Source of the DNA: Octopus sinensis
Lineage: Eukaryota
NCBI RefSeq assembly: GCF_006345805.1
Contig: NC_043009.1
Coordinates: 33,294,001-33,358,000 of the forward strand
Direction of reading: 5' to 3'
DNA length: 64,000 nt
Positions 30,193 through 43,860 of the stretch are shown in pieces; position 1 is the first letter of the stretch, and each line of letters begins with the position of its first letter. The notes below the pieces were generated by a model, which saw nothing but the letters and a program-made list of their open reading frames with translations, did no database searches and was not told the origin of the DNA. Made by a program: the position numbers and the translations under genes.

Positions 30193-30589
30193 GTGTTGAT
30201 GGTGGTAGTGGTGGTGACGGTGGCGGTGGTGGCGGCGGCGGCGGTAGTGGTGGTGGTGGTGATGATGATGGTGGTGGTGGTGGTTGACGTCATAGTCGTT
30301 TTAGATGTTAGTGATGGTACTGGAATCTTAAAAGTGGGTTATCTGGTGGGGGAAGATGATAGCAGCGATGGTGGGAATGGTTGCGACAGCAATGGCTCCA
30401 CCTGTAATGAGAGGAGCGGTGGCTATGGTAATGGTCGCCGTAGAGGTTGTTTTAGTTGTTAAAAATGACAATGGATTATAGTATGGGTGGTCTTGATCGT
30501 GTTACCGGTGATGCTGCTGTAACTGGTGGTGGGGTGTTATTTTGAAGTGAGGTACAGACGTAGGTGATGGAGAAACACATAGACGTTAG

Positions 30590-30613
30590 AAGAAGAAGAA
30601 GAGAAGAAGAAGT

Positions 30614-30668
<55 letters not shown>

Positions 30669-30688
30669 AATGATGGTGGTGGTGGTGG

Positions 30689-30752
<64 letters not shown>

Positions 30753-30781
30753 AATGATGATGATGATGGTGGTGGTGGTGG

Positions 30782-30848
<67 letters not shown>

Positions 30849-31176
30849 CAAGATGATGACAAATCTGTTGCACATCGATCTTCGAGGCATCTATAAACAC
30901 TTTATTTGGTATTGTGTCCTCCAATAGAGAAATGCAGACTCTATTCCACGATGTCTCCCTTAATATATCACCGCCATCTTTGTTTCCCTTCTGTCCCTTT
31001 GGGGCTTCCTCTCCCTGCACCCCCAATTCTTATCTCTCCTTCTACACCATCTCCTCTTCGTTCCTGTATAAAATGCTAAAGTATAATTACATTCGAAACT
31101 TACTCTCTCATCGTTTGTTTCAGGCTTTCTTGTTGTTGTTGTTGTTGTTGTTGCTATTTTTGTTCTTGTTGATGTT

Positions 31177-31208
<32 letters not shown>

Positions 31209-31276
31209 GGATAATGATGAGTCTGGTGGTGGGGTTGCTGCTAATAATTTGATAATGATCGTAATCACGATGATGA

Positions 31277-31322
<46 letters not shown>

Positions 31323-31760
31323 GGTGGTGGTGGTGGTAGTGGCGGTAGTGGTGGTGGTGGTGGTGGTGTCGTCGTCGTCGTCGTTGTCGTCGTCTTCACG
31401 GCGAGGACGACGACGACGATGATGATGATGGCGATAGTGATGATGAGGATGATTATGGTAATGATTAAAGTGATACCCATATAGAATGACACAGGCAGAA
31501 AATCATTTGCGTAAACATATCACAAACACAAAGGTAAACATACAAAACACATACACACACACACACACACACATACACTCACTCACTCACACACACATAT
31601 ATATAGGTGCATACAGACAAATATATAGGTGCACGTACAAACGAATACACACACACACACACATACGCATACGCATACGTGCATATACAAATACATATGC
31701 ACACAAATAAAAGGATACACACGTTTCAAACAAATAATAATAATAATAATAACAATAATG

Positions 31761-31854
<94 letters not shown>

Positions 31855-31859
31855 TAATG

Positions 31860-31922
<63 letters not shown>

Positions 31923-32732
31923 CACATCAGCACAACAACAACAACACTACCATAACAATTTCAATAGTTTTAAAATAAAGATATTGGATGCGAAAAAGCT
32001 TTCATCTAGGATTCCACATTATACGAAAGTAATTGTAAATTTTCAGGATATACATATGTGACGCGTGTGTGAGGCGTGTGTATGTGTGTATATGTGGGTG
32101 GGTGAGAGTGTGGGGGTGTAAAGAAACAGAGAGAGAGAGAGAGAGCTTGGAGAGACCATCATATAAACATAAACACACACACACGCACAGATGCGTATAG
32201 GTGTATATATGCACACACACACACACATACACACATATATGTATACGTGTATGTATATATATATGTGTGTGTGTGTGTGTATACATATATATGCATTAAT
32301 ACATTCATGTATGCAAACACACACATACACACAAATATATATACACACTCACACACACACAAATATATATACACACTCACACACTCACACGCTCACATTG
32401 GCAATGTTCAATCCATTATATTATATAAATGCAGTTGAACATCACCAGTGAAAATGTCTAAATTGTAATATAAAGGGATAAGAAAAGAATTGATAATTGC
32501 CGCCGAAGCTTACCTTGCATGGAGATAATGTCATCAAATTGAAATAACATTTACTTCTATCTCTCTATCTCTATCTACTTATCTATGTGTGAGTGAGCGA
32601 GAGAGAGAATTACGTATCGGTGATTGTGTTTGTCTCCCCCATCTATCTATCTAGATATTTATTTATCTATATTTCACTCTCTCTCCCTTTCTTTTCCTCT
32701 CTTTCTTTCTCTCTCCTTCTGTCGTTACTGTG

Positions 32733-32768
<36 letters not shown>

Positions 32769-32878
32769 AGAATATTGTGCTTGCTGTTTTACAAACAATC
32801 AATATCACCCTCACGCTAATAGTCATCATTGTAATAATAATAATGATAATAATAATAATAATAAGAAGAAGAAGAATA

Positions 32879-32913
<35 letters not shown>

Positions 32914-32960
32914 TAATAATAATAATAATAATAATATAATAATAATAATAATACTGATAA
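30590..32960. repeat. Cluster of GAT/GGT, GTT/GAG, AAT, CA/TA and GA microsatellites
   Basis: Direct reading. Confidence 0.85.
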
Positions 32961-32965
32961 TATTG

Positions 32966-33011
32966 TCACACGCTGATGACGGGTAAATACTCAGAAACGC
33001 GGATCCATGTG
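32966..33011 (+). ncRNA. Degenerate hammerhead ribozyme-like motif
   Basis: CTGATGA(32973-79)-C-GGGT-aaat-ACTC-A-GAAAC-GCGG-ATC. Stems I and III are imperfect. Confidence 0.45.
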
Positions 33012-33264
33012 TATCACGTCAAGCTGGAAATGGGAACGATGACTTCCCTTTGCAGATACTGATAGGGCACAGAAAGTGTGTCAATAGCCAGCTGAAGGAG
33101 ATGTATTCTTGGGGCTACAAGCTACAGTAGCATCACCCCTTAAGGGTTAGCCACATTTAGGTGGAAAATATGCTTCACGATGTCGTGCAGCTACTGTTTA
33201 TACCTCGCTCACAGATTTATTATTATTATTATTATTATTATTAATAATAATAATAATAATAATA

Positions 33265-33299
<35 letters not shown>

Positions 33300-34605
33300 T
33301 AATAATAATAATATAATAAAGCAAGGCCAAGGTCAGTGCTCTCATTGATCGCTAGTAGTAGTAAACGCATTTGACATCTGCTGACCGCAAGGGTGTGACG
33401 CTTCATTTTTCCCCCTGATCTCACAGGAATGCGGAGCCCCATTGTTGATCATCTTCTCACCATCTGCCGAACCTTGAATCATGACCAGTAAACAAGTGTC
33501 ACCTTAGTCTGTTGGCTGTTTATATATACATACACATCTGTATGATATGTTCGTTACACATACACGCATGCGTATTACATGTTAATACAAGCGTCGTTGC
33601 AACATGTGTTACATGCTAGTTACGCATACGTATTGATATTGATACATGTTAGTCATATATGCACGCATTTATATTACAAGCTCTTTCCTTCCATTTTTGA
33701 TGCAGAACTGCCGAAATCGAGTTGGCTAGAAGAGCATCGTGGAGCTTGTTCCCCTCGGACAGGTGAGGTTGTATGACCTCAGCCGATTCATCAAATCAGT
33801 CGAAGCTGCGTCACGTAGTTCTCCCAAGGACTACATTGGCAGTGTCTTCTAAAACATTGAACGATCAAGCTCAGGGGCTGTTGGCTCCCTTTTTGGTGAG
33901 ATCAGCAACCGGTAGATATGGGTTAGCAAGCAAAGCAAGTATTATATATTACAAGCTGTATAACTACACTAACATCCATGTTGCAGCATGTTAGCCACAT
34001 CTGTACTACTAAATGTTAGTTACATATCAACACATGTATCTATATTCCACATGTTTGTTAGGTATACACGCAGCTGTATTGCTACATGTTCATTACATGT
34101 CTTTATGTCAGTGCATAACTCACGTATATATCTCATAATAGTTAAACATACGCAAATCTTTTATCAAGATTGCTACATGTACCGAGATGTGTTACATTTT
34201 TGTTACACATTAAAAAACTTGTGCGTTACATTTAGTAACACATTCACACAGTTGTGTTACATGTTTAGTTCATTATTACAAGTCTGATCATTACTTACTC
34301 GATACCTATATGCATAGCTGTATCACAATTTCGTTACGCAAAGAAACATTTTCATTTCTACATGTTAGTTACACAAGCACATCGTGTTACATTTTTGTTG
34401 CACATTAACACACTTGTGTATGATATCCTTTGTTACATATACGTAAACAACTGTGTTACATTTTATGCATACCTCTGCATTAATACATATTAAGCACACA
34501 GATACACATCTATGTCACATTTTAGTCAATAAAATATCTGCTACACAAAAACGTATGTTTCATATAAGTTACACGTCAATACATCTATATCACATGGCAG
34601 TCTCT

Positions 34606-34638
<33 letters not shown>

Positions 34639-34724
34639 ACACAGTCACACATAGTCACACACAGTCACACACAGTCACACACAGTCAGATGTACTATTAT
34701 CATTATCATTATTAATGAACAAAT

Positions 34725-35310
34725 CAAGTCGGCAAGCTGGCAGATCGTTAGCACGTCGGGCGAAATGCTTAGCGGTATTTCGTTTGCCGTTACGTTCTGA
34801 GTTCAAATTCCGCCGAGGTCGACTTTGCCTTTCATCCTTTCGTGGTCGATAAATTAAGTACCAGTTACGCACTGGGGTCGATATAATCGACTTAATCCGT
34901 TTGTCTGTCCTAGTTTGTCCTCTGTGTGTTTAGCCCCTTGTGGGTAGTAAAGAAATAGGCATTTCGTCTGCCGTTACGTTCTGAGTTCAAATTCCGCCGT
35001 GGTCGACTTTGCCTTTCATCCTTTAGGGGTCGATAAATTAAGTACCAGTTACGCACTGGGGTCGATATAATCGACTTAATCCGTTTGTCTGTCCTAGTTT
35101 GTCCTCTCTGTGTTTAGCCCCTTGTGGGTAGTAAAGAAATAGGCATTTCGTCTGCCGTTACGTTCTGAGTTCAAATTCCGCCGAGGTCGACTTTGCCTTT
35201 CATCCTTTAGGGGTCGATAAATTAAGTACCAGTAAAATACTAGGGTCGATGTAATCGATTATCCCCCTCCCCCAAATTTCAGGTTTTGCACCTATAGTAG
35301 AAAGGATTAT
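34725..35310 (+). mobile_element. SINE family A with internal 184-bp tandem expansion (about 2.5 units)
   Basis: TACGTTCTGAGTTCAAATTCC at 34791, 34975 and 35159, with a single head and a single tail. Confidence 0.92.
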
Positions 35311-35989
35311 TAATGAACAAATTATTGTTGATATTTTCATTAATCTTGTTGTCGCTGTTGTACAGTTAGTTAGGTTATATTGTCCAATTAGGTTATACAG
35401 GCAAAAACGTATACTTCATTTTATTCCTCTTCACATCAATCTTTTGGTCATCATCATCATCATCATCATTATCACCCCCATCGCCATCATCATAATTGCC
35501 CTTGTTGTCGTCGCTATTACCATCATCTTCGTCATCATCTTCATCATCATCTTTATGATTCTTCATCACTAATATCATTATCATCATTATCATCATCAGC
35601 AGCAGCACCATCATCATCATCATCATCATCGCAATACTCACAACCACCGTCCTCATCCCTACATAATCACTTCCGATTAGAATTATCATTGCTGGTGTTC
35701 TTATTGCTGTCATATGTCAGATACGCAAACCTTCACCCTCATATACACTCACAAACACATACACACACACAAGCTGAAACACATCTACACACACATAACA
35801 ATACACATACATATGTACCCACACATGCATACACTAACATTTATATTCATATTACTCAGACATAAATACACATAAAAAAGTTATATACACAACACTCACA
35901 CATACATATACACACGCACATTATTTACACACTTACACTTAACGCATGAACACTTACATGCTTACACGCAAACAATCTACAACCAATAT

Positions 35990-36018
35990 ACAAACACACA
36001 CGCGCGCACACACACATA

Positions 36019-36067
<49 letters not shown>

Positions 36068-36179
36068 CCAAATACATCTACACACACCTGCATACATACA
36101 CACATATGTGCAAACACGGAACCATTTATATACGCAGACATTTATGCACATAAAAATATAGAACTAAAGCTATGCACAC

Positions 36180-36230
<51 letters not shown>

Positions 36231-36237
36231 ATATAGA

Positions 36238-36302
<65 letters not shown>

Positions 36303-37161
36303 ATATATATATGTATGTATATATATATATATATGTATGTATGTAATATATATATATATATATATGATGCATACACACAAATATAGACGCAGATATTCAT
36401 TCATAAAAACATACACGTATATATTCGAAAATATCCGAACACATATTCACATTCATATAGCTACATCTACACACGCACAAAAACACACAAACTATATATA
36501 TATATGCATACATCTAATACAACCGTACACATACACACTCTCCTCCTCCTTCCCCTGATGACATTAATCTATAAACAATTTCTAATAGTAAAGGGTCTAA
36601 AAAGCGTTGGAATTTTTCAAAAGATAAAACCCATCCTACAATAATAGCGAAACTGTTTGATGTGAAGAATGTAAAGCCATAGCAATGTTTACCTTATCTT
36701 TCTTTCTTTTTTTTTTTTCGGTGGAATCGTGCCATAAATGTGCTTTGCTTGTTTCTCATAAATGGCCATAGAAAAATTTAACTGTGGGGCAAAATACTTC
36801 GCTGCATGGCCCTCTTTAAACGACAATATTTTACAGTAAGAACAATATTTGAATATAGTTACCAAAAGGTTTGCTTTGTTTATTTGGGTTTTTATTTTGC
36901 TTGTCCATATTATTATTATTATTATAATCATTATCATGTTATCATTGTTGTTGTTGCTGTTGTTGGCGTGCGTATTTTACGGTGTTTTGGTGTTTGTTTT
37001 GTTGTTGCTGTTGTTGGTGATGATGATGATGATGATAATGATGATTTATTATGTAAGTTTATTTTTGAGTGAGGGAAATTTAAGTTTCTGTATTAAACTA
37101 AAAGCACAACACAGCTCAGATTTATTCGACCGTATTTTTAATAAAAGAAATGTACTTATGA

Positions 37162-37194
<33 letters not shown>

Positions 37195-37208
37195 TGTGTA
37201 TATATATC

Positions 37209-37294
<86 letters not shown>

Positions 37295-37450
37295 CGTATA
37301 TGTGTATGATATGTATGTGTGTATATGTATATATATATATATGTGTGTGTGTGAGTGTGTGTGTGCGTGAGTGTGATCAGGCAAATGGTATGCAAATGTT
37401 ACATACATAAACAAAATATTCACCACTACTCATAAATAATATATATAATA

Positions 37451-37489
<39 letters not shown>

Positions 37490-37950
37490 TATATATATAT
37501 ACACACATACATGTATGTGTATCAACATATACATGTATGTATATATACAGGCATATATATACACACATATATCACATCCACGACTATACACATGAAAATA
37601 TTCATATGCATACACACATACAATCGTACATAGAAACACACAATCATATTGAAGAAATTTATAGTTCTGTTTACACCAATTTACATAAAACTTCACACGC
37701 ATGCATCGACAAACCAAATCCTCAACACATACACACACACATACAGTCACACTCGCACACACATACACACACATGCATGCACCCACGCACGCATATAAAA
37801 ATGTTCGTAGTTTATAGTGTTAGATGTGGATTCAAATAGAGTCATACAGTCATACATATGCGCATATATATATTCGTTTATATGTCTGTTTACACATATA
37901 TGTACTCACATACATATGGCTATACACACACACATACGCACATACACATG

Positions 37951-37985
<35 letters not shown>

Positions 37986-38345
37986 GGGGGGAGGAAGAGA
38001 GAGAAAGAGGAAGTGAGAGAGGGAAAGAGAAAAAATAGAGAGCGAGAGACTCAGAAGTGGGAATATTGACAACGCATTGATATTAAATTGCGTACAAACA
38101 CAAGATGAGTCTGACGTCATCATATTTGAAGTATACGCCATACAACCAGCCGCTTCCTAAAACGTATGTATATATATGTATGTATATATGTATATATATA
38201 TGTATGTATGTATGTATGTATGCATGTATGTATGTATGTACGTATGTGTATGTATGTATGTATGTATGTATGTATGTATGTATGTATGTATGTATGTATG
38301 TATGCATGTATGTATGTATGTATGTATGTATGTATGTATGTATAC
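35990..38345. repeat. Long (CA)n/(TA)n/(TG)n/(TATG)n microsatellite cluster
   Basis: Direct reading. Confidence 0.85.
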
Positions 38346-38862
38346 GTGGGCATATATTCATATATCCACACATACAAATTTACAGATAACACCTGATGCC
38401 AGACAATCTTTACTGAATCTTCAAGACGTGGTTTCAAGTTTCCATTGTTTCACAGTTTTTTAAACCTTCCTCGTCTCCAAGGCTGGTCCAACGTAGTTAT
38501 GGAGCAAACTTCGCAACCACACTTCTGTAAACAAAATGTTCGCTCAATCTGTCAGAAATAGTAGTGAAATCTCCCTCAAAGGACACTCTGCTATCTTAAG
38601 CAATGAAGGATACATTAGAAAATGTGTAGGATGTGAAACCTTCAATACAGAAAAACATCAAGGTGAAAAATTGGGATTGCGGAGTATTTTACTGGAGTTT
38701 AAAAGAAGGATTGAATAAGTGAGTCAGGGGAAGATAGCACTGAAAACTATAGGTATTTCGTAACATTTGAGATTACGTGCTCAAAACAAAGGGATTTTTT
38801 TGCATTTGGGATCACATTTACTCAAAACAGTGATATCGTTATATTTGAGATCACGTTGCATT

Positions 38863-39244
38863 CTGTAGAACCTGCAGTACGAGTGCCCCATTGTACGAGT
38901 AATTTGCTGTACGAGCCGAGACTCGAGCGAATTTTTGTCTTCAAGTACAAGCGGAAATCCGTTGTACGAGCACAGAAGTCCCATTTTTAAGATAATTAAG
39001 TTAATAAAACCAGTTTAAATATTTCTTTTACATTCTCTTCTTTATAATTGTCATTTTACTCGTAACTACTCCTTTTCTGTTTTAAAACCCATAATAAATT
39101 ATTTTTGTGTGGTTTTGGCGGGAACTGGAACGGATTAATTATACTTTAGTTAATTTTAATGGGGAAAATTTATTTGTTAAACGAGTAATCGTTAGACGAG
39201 CTCGGTCATGGAACGATTGAAACTCGTTCTACGATGTATCACTG
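38863..39244. mobile_element. Tigger/pogo-like MITE
   Basis: Left end CTGTAGAACCTGCAGTACGAGT; right end AAACTCGTTCTACGATGTATCACTG-TA; subterminal ACGAG repeats and AATGGGGAAAAT typical of Tigger-type ends. Confidence 0.7.
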
Positions 39245-42200
39245 TATAGTGCTTTGTTAAATTTCGAAATCAGATTTTATTCGGTTAGATATTTGTGAGA
39301 TGCCTTCCACAATCATTGAGGTGAATAACGTGAAAAAGTAGCAAACCTTACGTTGATGTTAGTAACAGATGCATCGAAATGTTTTCGTAGAAGTGGACAA
39401 TTACGTGTTGTTGTTGTTGTTTTTGGTGTTGTTGTTGTTGTTTTTGATGTTGCTGTTCTCGTTGTTATTGCTGAGTACTAAAAAATTTTAATTGTTTTCA
39501 AATAACAAATAAGCAGATTGAAGATATCAAACAGATCTATACGCTGTATTTAGCGAAACTTGTCTTCTAGAGATAACAAGTTAACGTTTGAAAATATATG
39601 TAAACATTATGATGGAACATTTCTGATTATAGGTTTATCGGAAATCCACCCAAAATTAGGCTGTTATTGTGAATGATTCTTCTTAATGAAGTAAAACTTA
39701 ACTATCAAAATGTAGAATTCACCAAACTTCAGAGTTACAAATACTTAATTAAATCGTCTCTATTGCAGTGAAAATAATTTTGATGTAAACAGCAGGTGTG
39801 TGTGTCACGGTTGGCAAAACTCGTTCCAAAACTCAAAAGTTTCTTCAATTTAGATTTGTTTTCGGTAGACATTAAAGAGCGTAGGAATCAAATCCTGCTT
39901 CTTTACTCGGAAACATTATCCAAGACACATATAACATTATCTCCGACCTACACAACAGTATATCAACTGACAGAACAGAAAGATAAGCTACAATAATTAT
40001 TCATAATTGTTAAAATTAATTAATGTACTTTGTTAGAAGATGATTTTTCAAATAACCAAAATTTGTTTGGCATTGAAACAAAAGCCATTTTAAGTGGATA
40101 AGAATTTGGATAAGTTCCAGATATTAATGTCTGATGTAAATGATAAGAAATGTTAAATCTATGAAATTTGTGGCAATTTGACAAAAGAAAATGCTGACGT
40201 GAGTTAGACATTTCTTTTTTATTCAAGTTTACAGCACATGTTAATGTAAGCGAAATCATGCTAATTGCTTCTAATTCATCAATTTTAGAAAACTAATTAT
40301 TATATAATTAAATACTTATGTCATCCGTCTATTTTCTCCATATAAAAGAAATCTCTAATTTCGATGTTTAATTAACTGAATATGATTGGAAAATTGAGAT
40401 ACTTACAAGATATTGATAACTTCAATATGGTTTAATATTTTTACAGTCTGACTTTTAAATAATTAAATCGCAAAAATAAGAATTTTTTTTGTTTTCATGA
40501 CAGAAGAACCAGTCTTAACATACTTCCTAATGATTCGTCGGTTTCCTGGGAATCTAATTCGTAACACCTGAGTGAACTTTTGTCTCCTCATAATTGACGT
40601 GTAACCCGAAGTTAATGATGATCTGTCATCAAGAACATATAGTCGAGACTAATCTCACTTTTCCTCAAACTTAGCATTCAACATAATGAATGTTTTATGT
40701 CTGCTTTTCCGTATTGTTGGGGATTGGATAGAATTTTTCAGGCAGGTTGTTACAGCCAGATGCTCTACTTCTCACAAACTTTTTGGGTCACTTCTATGAC
40801 ATGCAATGATACAGTGTACTAATTCAAAAACTGGGATATACATGACAGTCGTCAGATATAGTTAATTTATAATGAACATTTCTAGTTGTGACATTTTTAA
40901 GACAGCCTTGTCTTATTTTAGAAAACTTTTGCTGTTATTTTTGGCAATTATGGTAGTATCATTGGATAGCTTCCTCATTTGTTTTTGTAATATCATGTTG
41001 ATGTTGTTTACCTCCAAGTTTCTTTAAAAGTTCCTTATCGAACAGATATATGATCTTCGGTTTTATGGCACCAACTAGATTTGAAGGAGATTTAGTTGTT
41101 GTTTCTAGCAAGTCAGACTATCAGAAGCCTCCTTCGTTGGCTTGTCTCTTCATTGATTCTCTGTAAGGACATGTAAGGTGTCTTTCCCAAAATATAAACA
41201 CTAAACAAGATTTTAACTCCTGACTCTTTAACAAAACGGTAGACATACTATTTGACCAGCCGTTAAAAATTTTCCACTTAAAATTTAATTATATCACTTT
41301 TTTTATCATTCTCAGTTATTGATAAATACCAGATAAATATCTCTTTTTAATCCAATAAAGTTTTTTTTTTTTTGTGATGCCTGCTTGTTTCCAATTACCA
41401 TTTATGGAACTGTAATATATTACAAAAACCAACATAGTCTAAAGAAACGGAGGAGGATGGTTGAAAAACAAACATTATATCAGCATTATTTTGGTTCAAA
41501 ATAAAGAACACGAGAAGGAAATGTTTGGTCCGAATTGGTTAGTCAGGAAATATGACACCAGAAGGAAATATTTTGTTCAATATTGCTTGGTGAAGAATTA
41601 AAGCACCAGAAGAAAGTATCTGACGCTAAATTGTATCAATGCCAAATAAAAGGGAAAAAATTTCTATGCTGAAAAACAAGTTTCATTCAAATATTTGTAA
41701 ATTCATTATCGTACTAATCTCAAACAACATTTAACCTTTAACAAGTTCAACGTCTCTGACGGTTTACCATCTGATAAGATTACTAAGGAATATGTGTTGT
41801 TTATTGACAGTATTTATTTTAATTTAGGCAGTAGCTATGAGCTACATTTCTTGATTCAGCTGTCTTATGACCAAAGGACCTCGCCATATTTTCTAGATGT
41901 ATCTGGGACTACAGTCATCAATGTGTCTTTCTTTTCAAAAGCACTTAAGTAAGGTTTTAAAGAGATATGGGGGTCGTTTTGCAGTAGGTTTCTCTCATTA
42001 GCTCGTCTGATAGATAAAAGTGATAGCTGAATTTGGCTTGATAATTACAGTGATGAAGTAGTTGGGTCTAATAAGAGTGATGGATTAGTTTCGTCTGATA
42101 ATACATATTAATAGAGTAATATTTAAAAAAATACCCATGTACTTATTATAATGGAAGGGCAACAACTCCCACATAACTAGATATAATATAGAGTCTCTCT

Positions 42201-43359
42201 TCTTTTTGCAAAGATAGAAATTAATTAAATTCCGTCCATGTCCAATTCTGACAAATACAGTATCCTACAGATTATAGAATCGATAGATCGATAAAATTGC
42301 TTCATGCTGAGATTCAAATTATGTGACACTTCTCACTGACCCACTGTAATCATATGCACATTTTGGGTCAATATTATATGTAAATATATCCAATCGAATG
42401 ATCAATAATTCTATCACATAGTATCGAAATTGTAATCATAGATCAGCTTCCAATACATACACATTCAATCAATCAATACGTAACATTTAATTCAATGCAA
42501 CATCATGGATGGATGATCTTAGGTTTTACACCTCAGCCAGATCTTGTAACATATGGCTGTTTAATGATATCTGCTATATTTGGAAATGATAACGAAATGA
42601 AATTTTGACGAATTCTTTAATATTACCATTACAAACTGACTGAGATTAGAAATCCATCATGCTTTAAAGAAACTGTATTGGGCGGGACATGCTCTCCGTT
42701 GTATAGTATCTTTGCTTTTAAAAACAAACTTCTGATAATTTTTACAATATAAGACTGAATATCCTGTCATTTCAAGTTAACAGTACAAGGATACATTTGC
42801 TATAATTCAACTAAACCCTTACTCAATCACTTCAACTGTAAATATGGATGAGCCCAATATGGTAGATCCTATTATAGATGCGCAGTGACTAAAGTTTGAT
42901 TCAGCCTATTTACTTACAAAATATGATAGCATGCACTAACCTCTTCGCTAAAACGTTGTTATAATAAGGATCCACGTTATCAATAATCTCTCTACAAAAA
43001 GAGCGATTAGAAATACTTGTGGTAATATTATTGATTAGGTTTGCGATCGTTATGAGAATTTGGGTTTAGAAGTTTTAATATCTCATTAGATCAATTAGTG
43101 AAACTGTGTGCGTCATTATTTAAGTTACATATATATATATATATGCCAAAAACAGCTTAAGTTGATAACATTTTTAGCTGAGATAAGAATGAAATGTAGA
43201 CAAAAGAATTATCGTATTTGATTGTTGTTGAAAGTGGAAAATCAGTTCCCCAGACGCAAGATATCTGCATCAACAGTCTCTTAATCTCCCCCCCCCCTGT
43301 TCGTTCAACAGAATTAATACTACACATGCCTAAGCCTATATGAAAATATATCATACGAA

Positions 43360-43860
43360 GGGGCTGTGGATAAAGATGGAGTGACCCAAAAATATCATAC
43401 TAGACTAAGAAAAATATGGCAGCCGGAATTCTCTTCTTACAACAAAGTAACATCTCACAATGTATTTTCGGTATCAGTGCTGATTCCAACATTTGAAACA
43501 CTTGGCTGGTCTGTAGATGAAATCCACTCCATAGACATTAAATCCACAAGATCATAATATGAACTGGAAACTTCCACAGAAACGGTGATATTCACAGGCT
43601 CTACCTAAGAAGAGATAAAGGAGGAAAGGGTCTGAGGTCAGTGCCGACAGCCTTCGAATGGTGTATTGCCTCTCTCATACGGCACTTACTAAACAACAGC
43701 AAAAACAAATACATAAACTTAGTGCTGAAATGCGAAGAGGCCAACATCCTAAATGTCGGCAGCGAGCTCCTCAGGAAGCACTTGTGAACTCCCATGCAAC
43801 CTCAAAACAGCCGGACTAACATAACTCAAAGAAAACCTGGATGTGTAACGCTCAGCATAA
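43360..43860 (+). mobile_element. R4/Dong-type LINE internal fragment (RT C-terminal/thumb region)
   Basis: YHTRLRKIW..SSYNKVTSHNVFSVSVLIPTFETLGWSVDEIHSIDIKSTR..TGNFHRNGDIHRLYLRRDKGGKGLRSV; homologous to 28700-28945. Confidence 0.85.

Noticed and set aside
34790-35240. Regularly spaced repeats suggestive of a CRISPR array
   Set aside because: The whole 184-bp unit repeats with no unique spacers; eukaryotic SINE context and no cas genes.
42690-42725. KLYWAGHALR resembling the LINE WAGH motif
   Set aside because: Too short, with no flanking homology visible.
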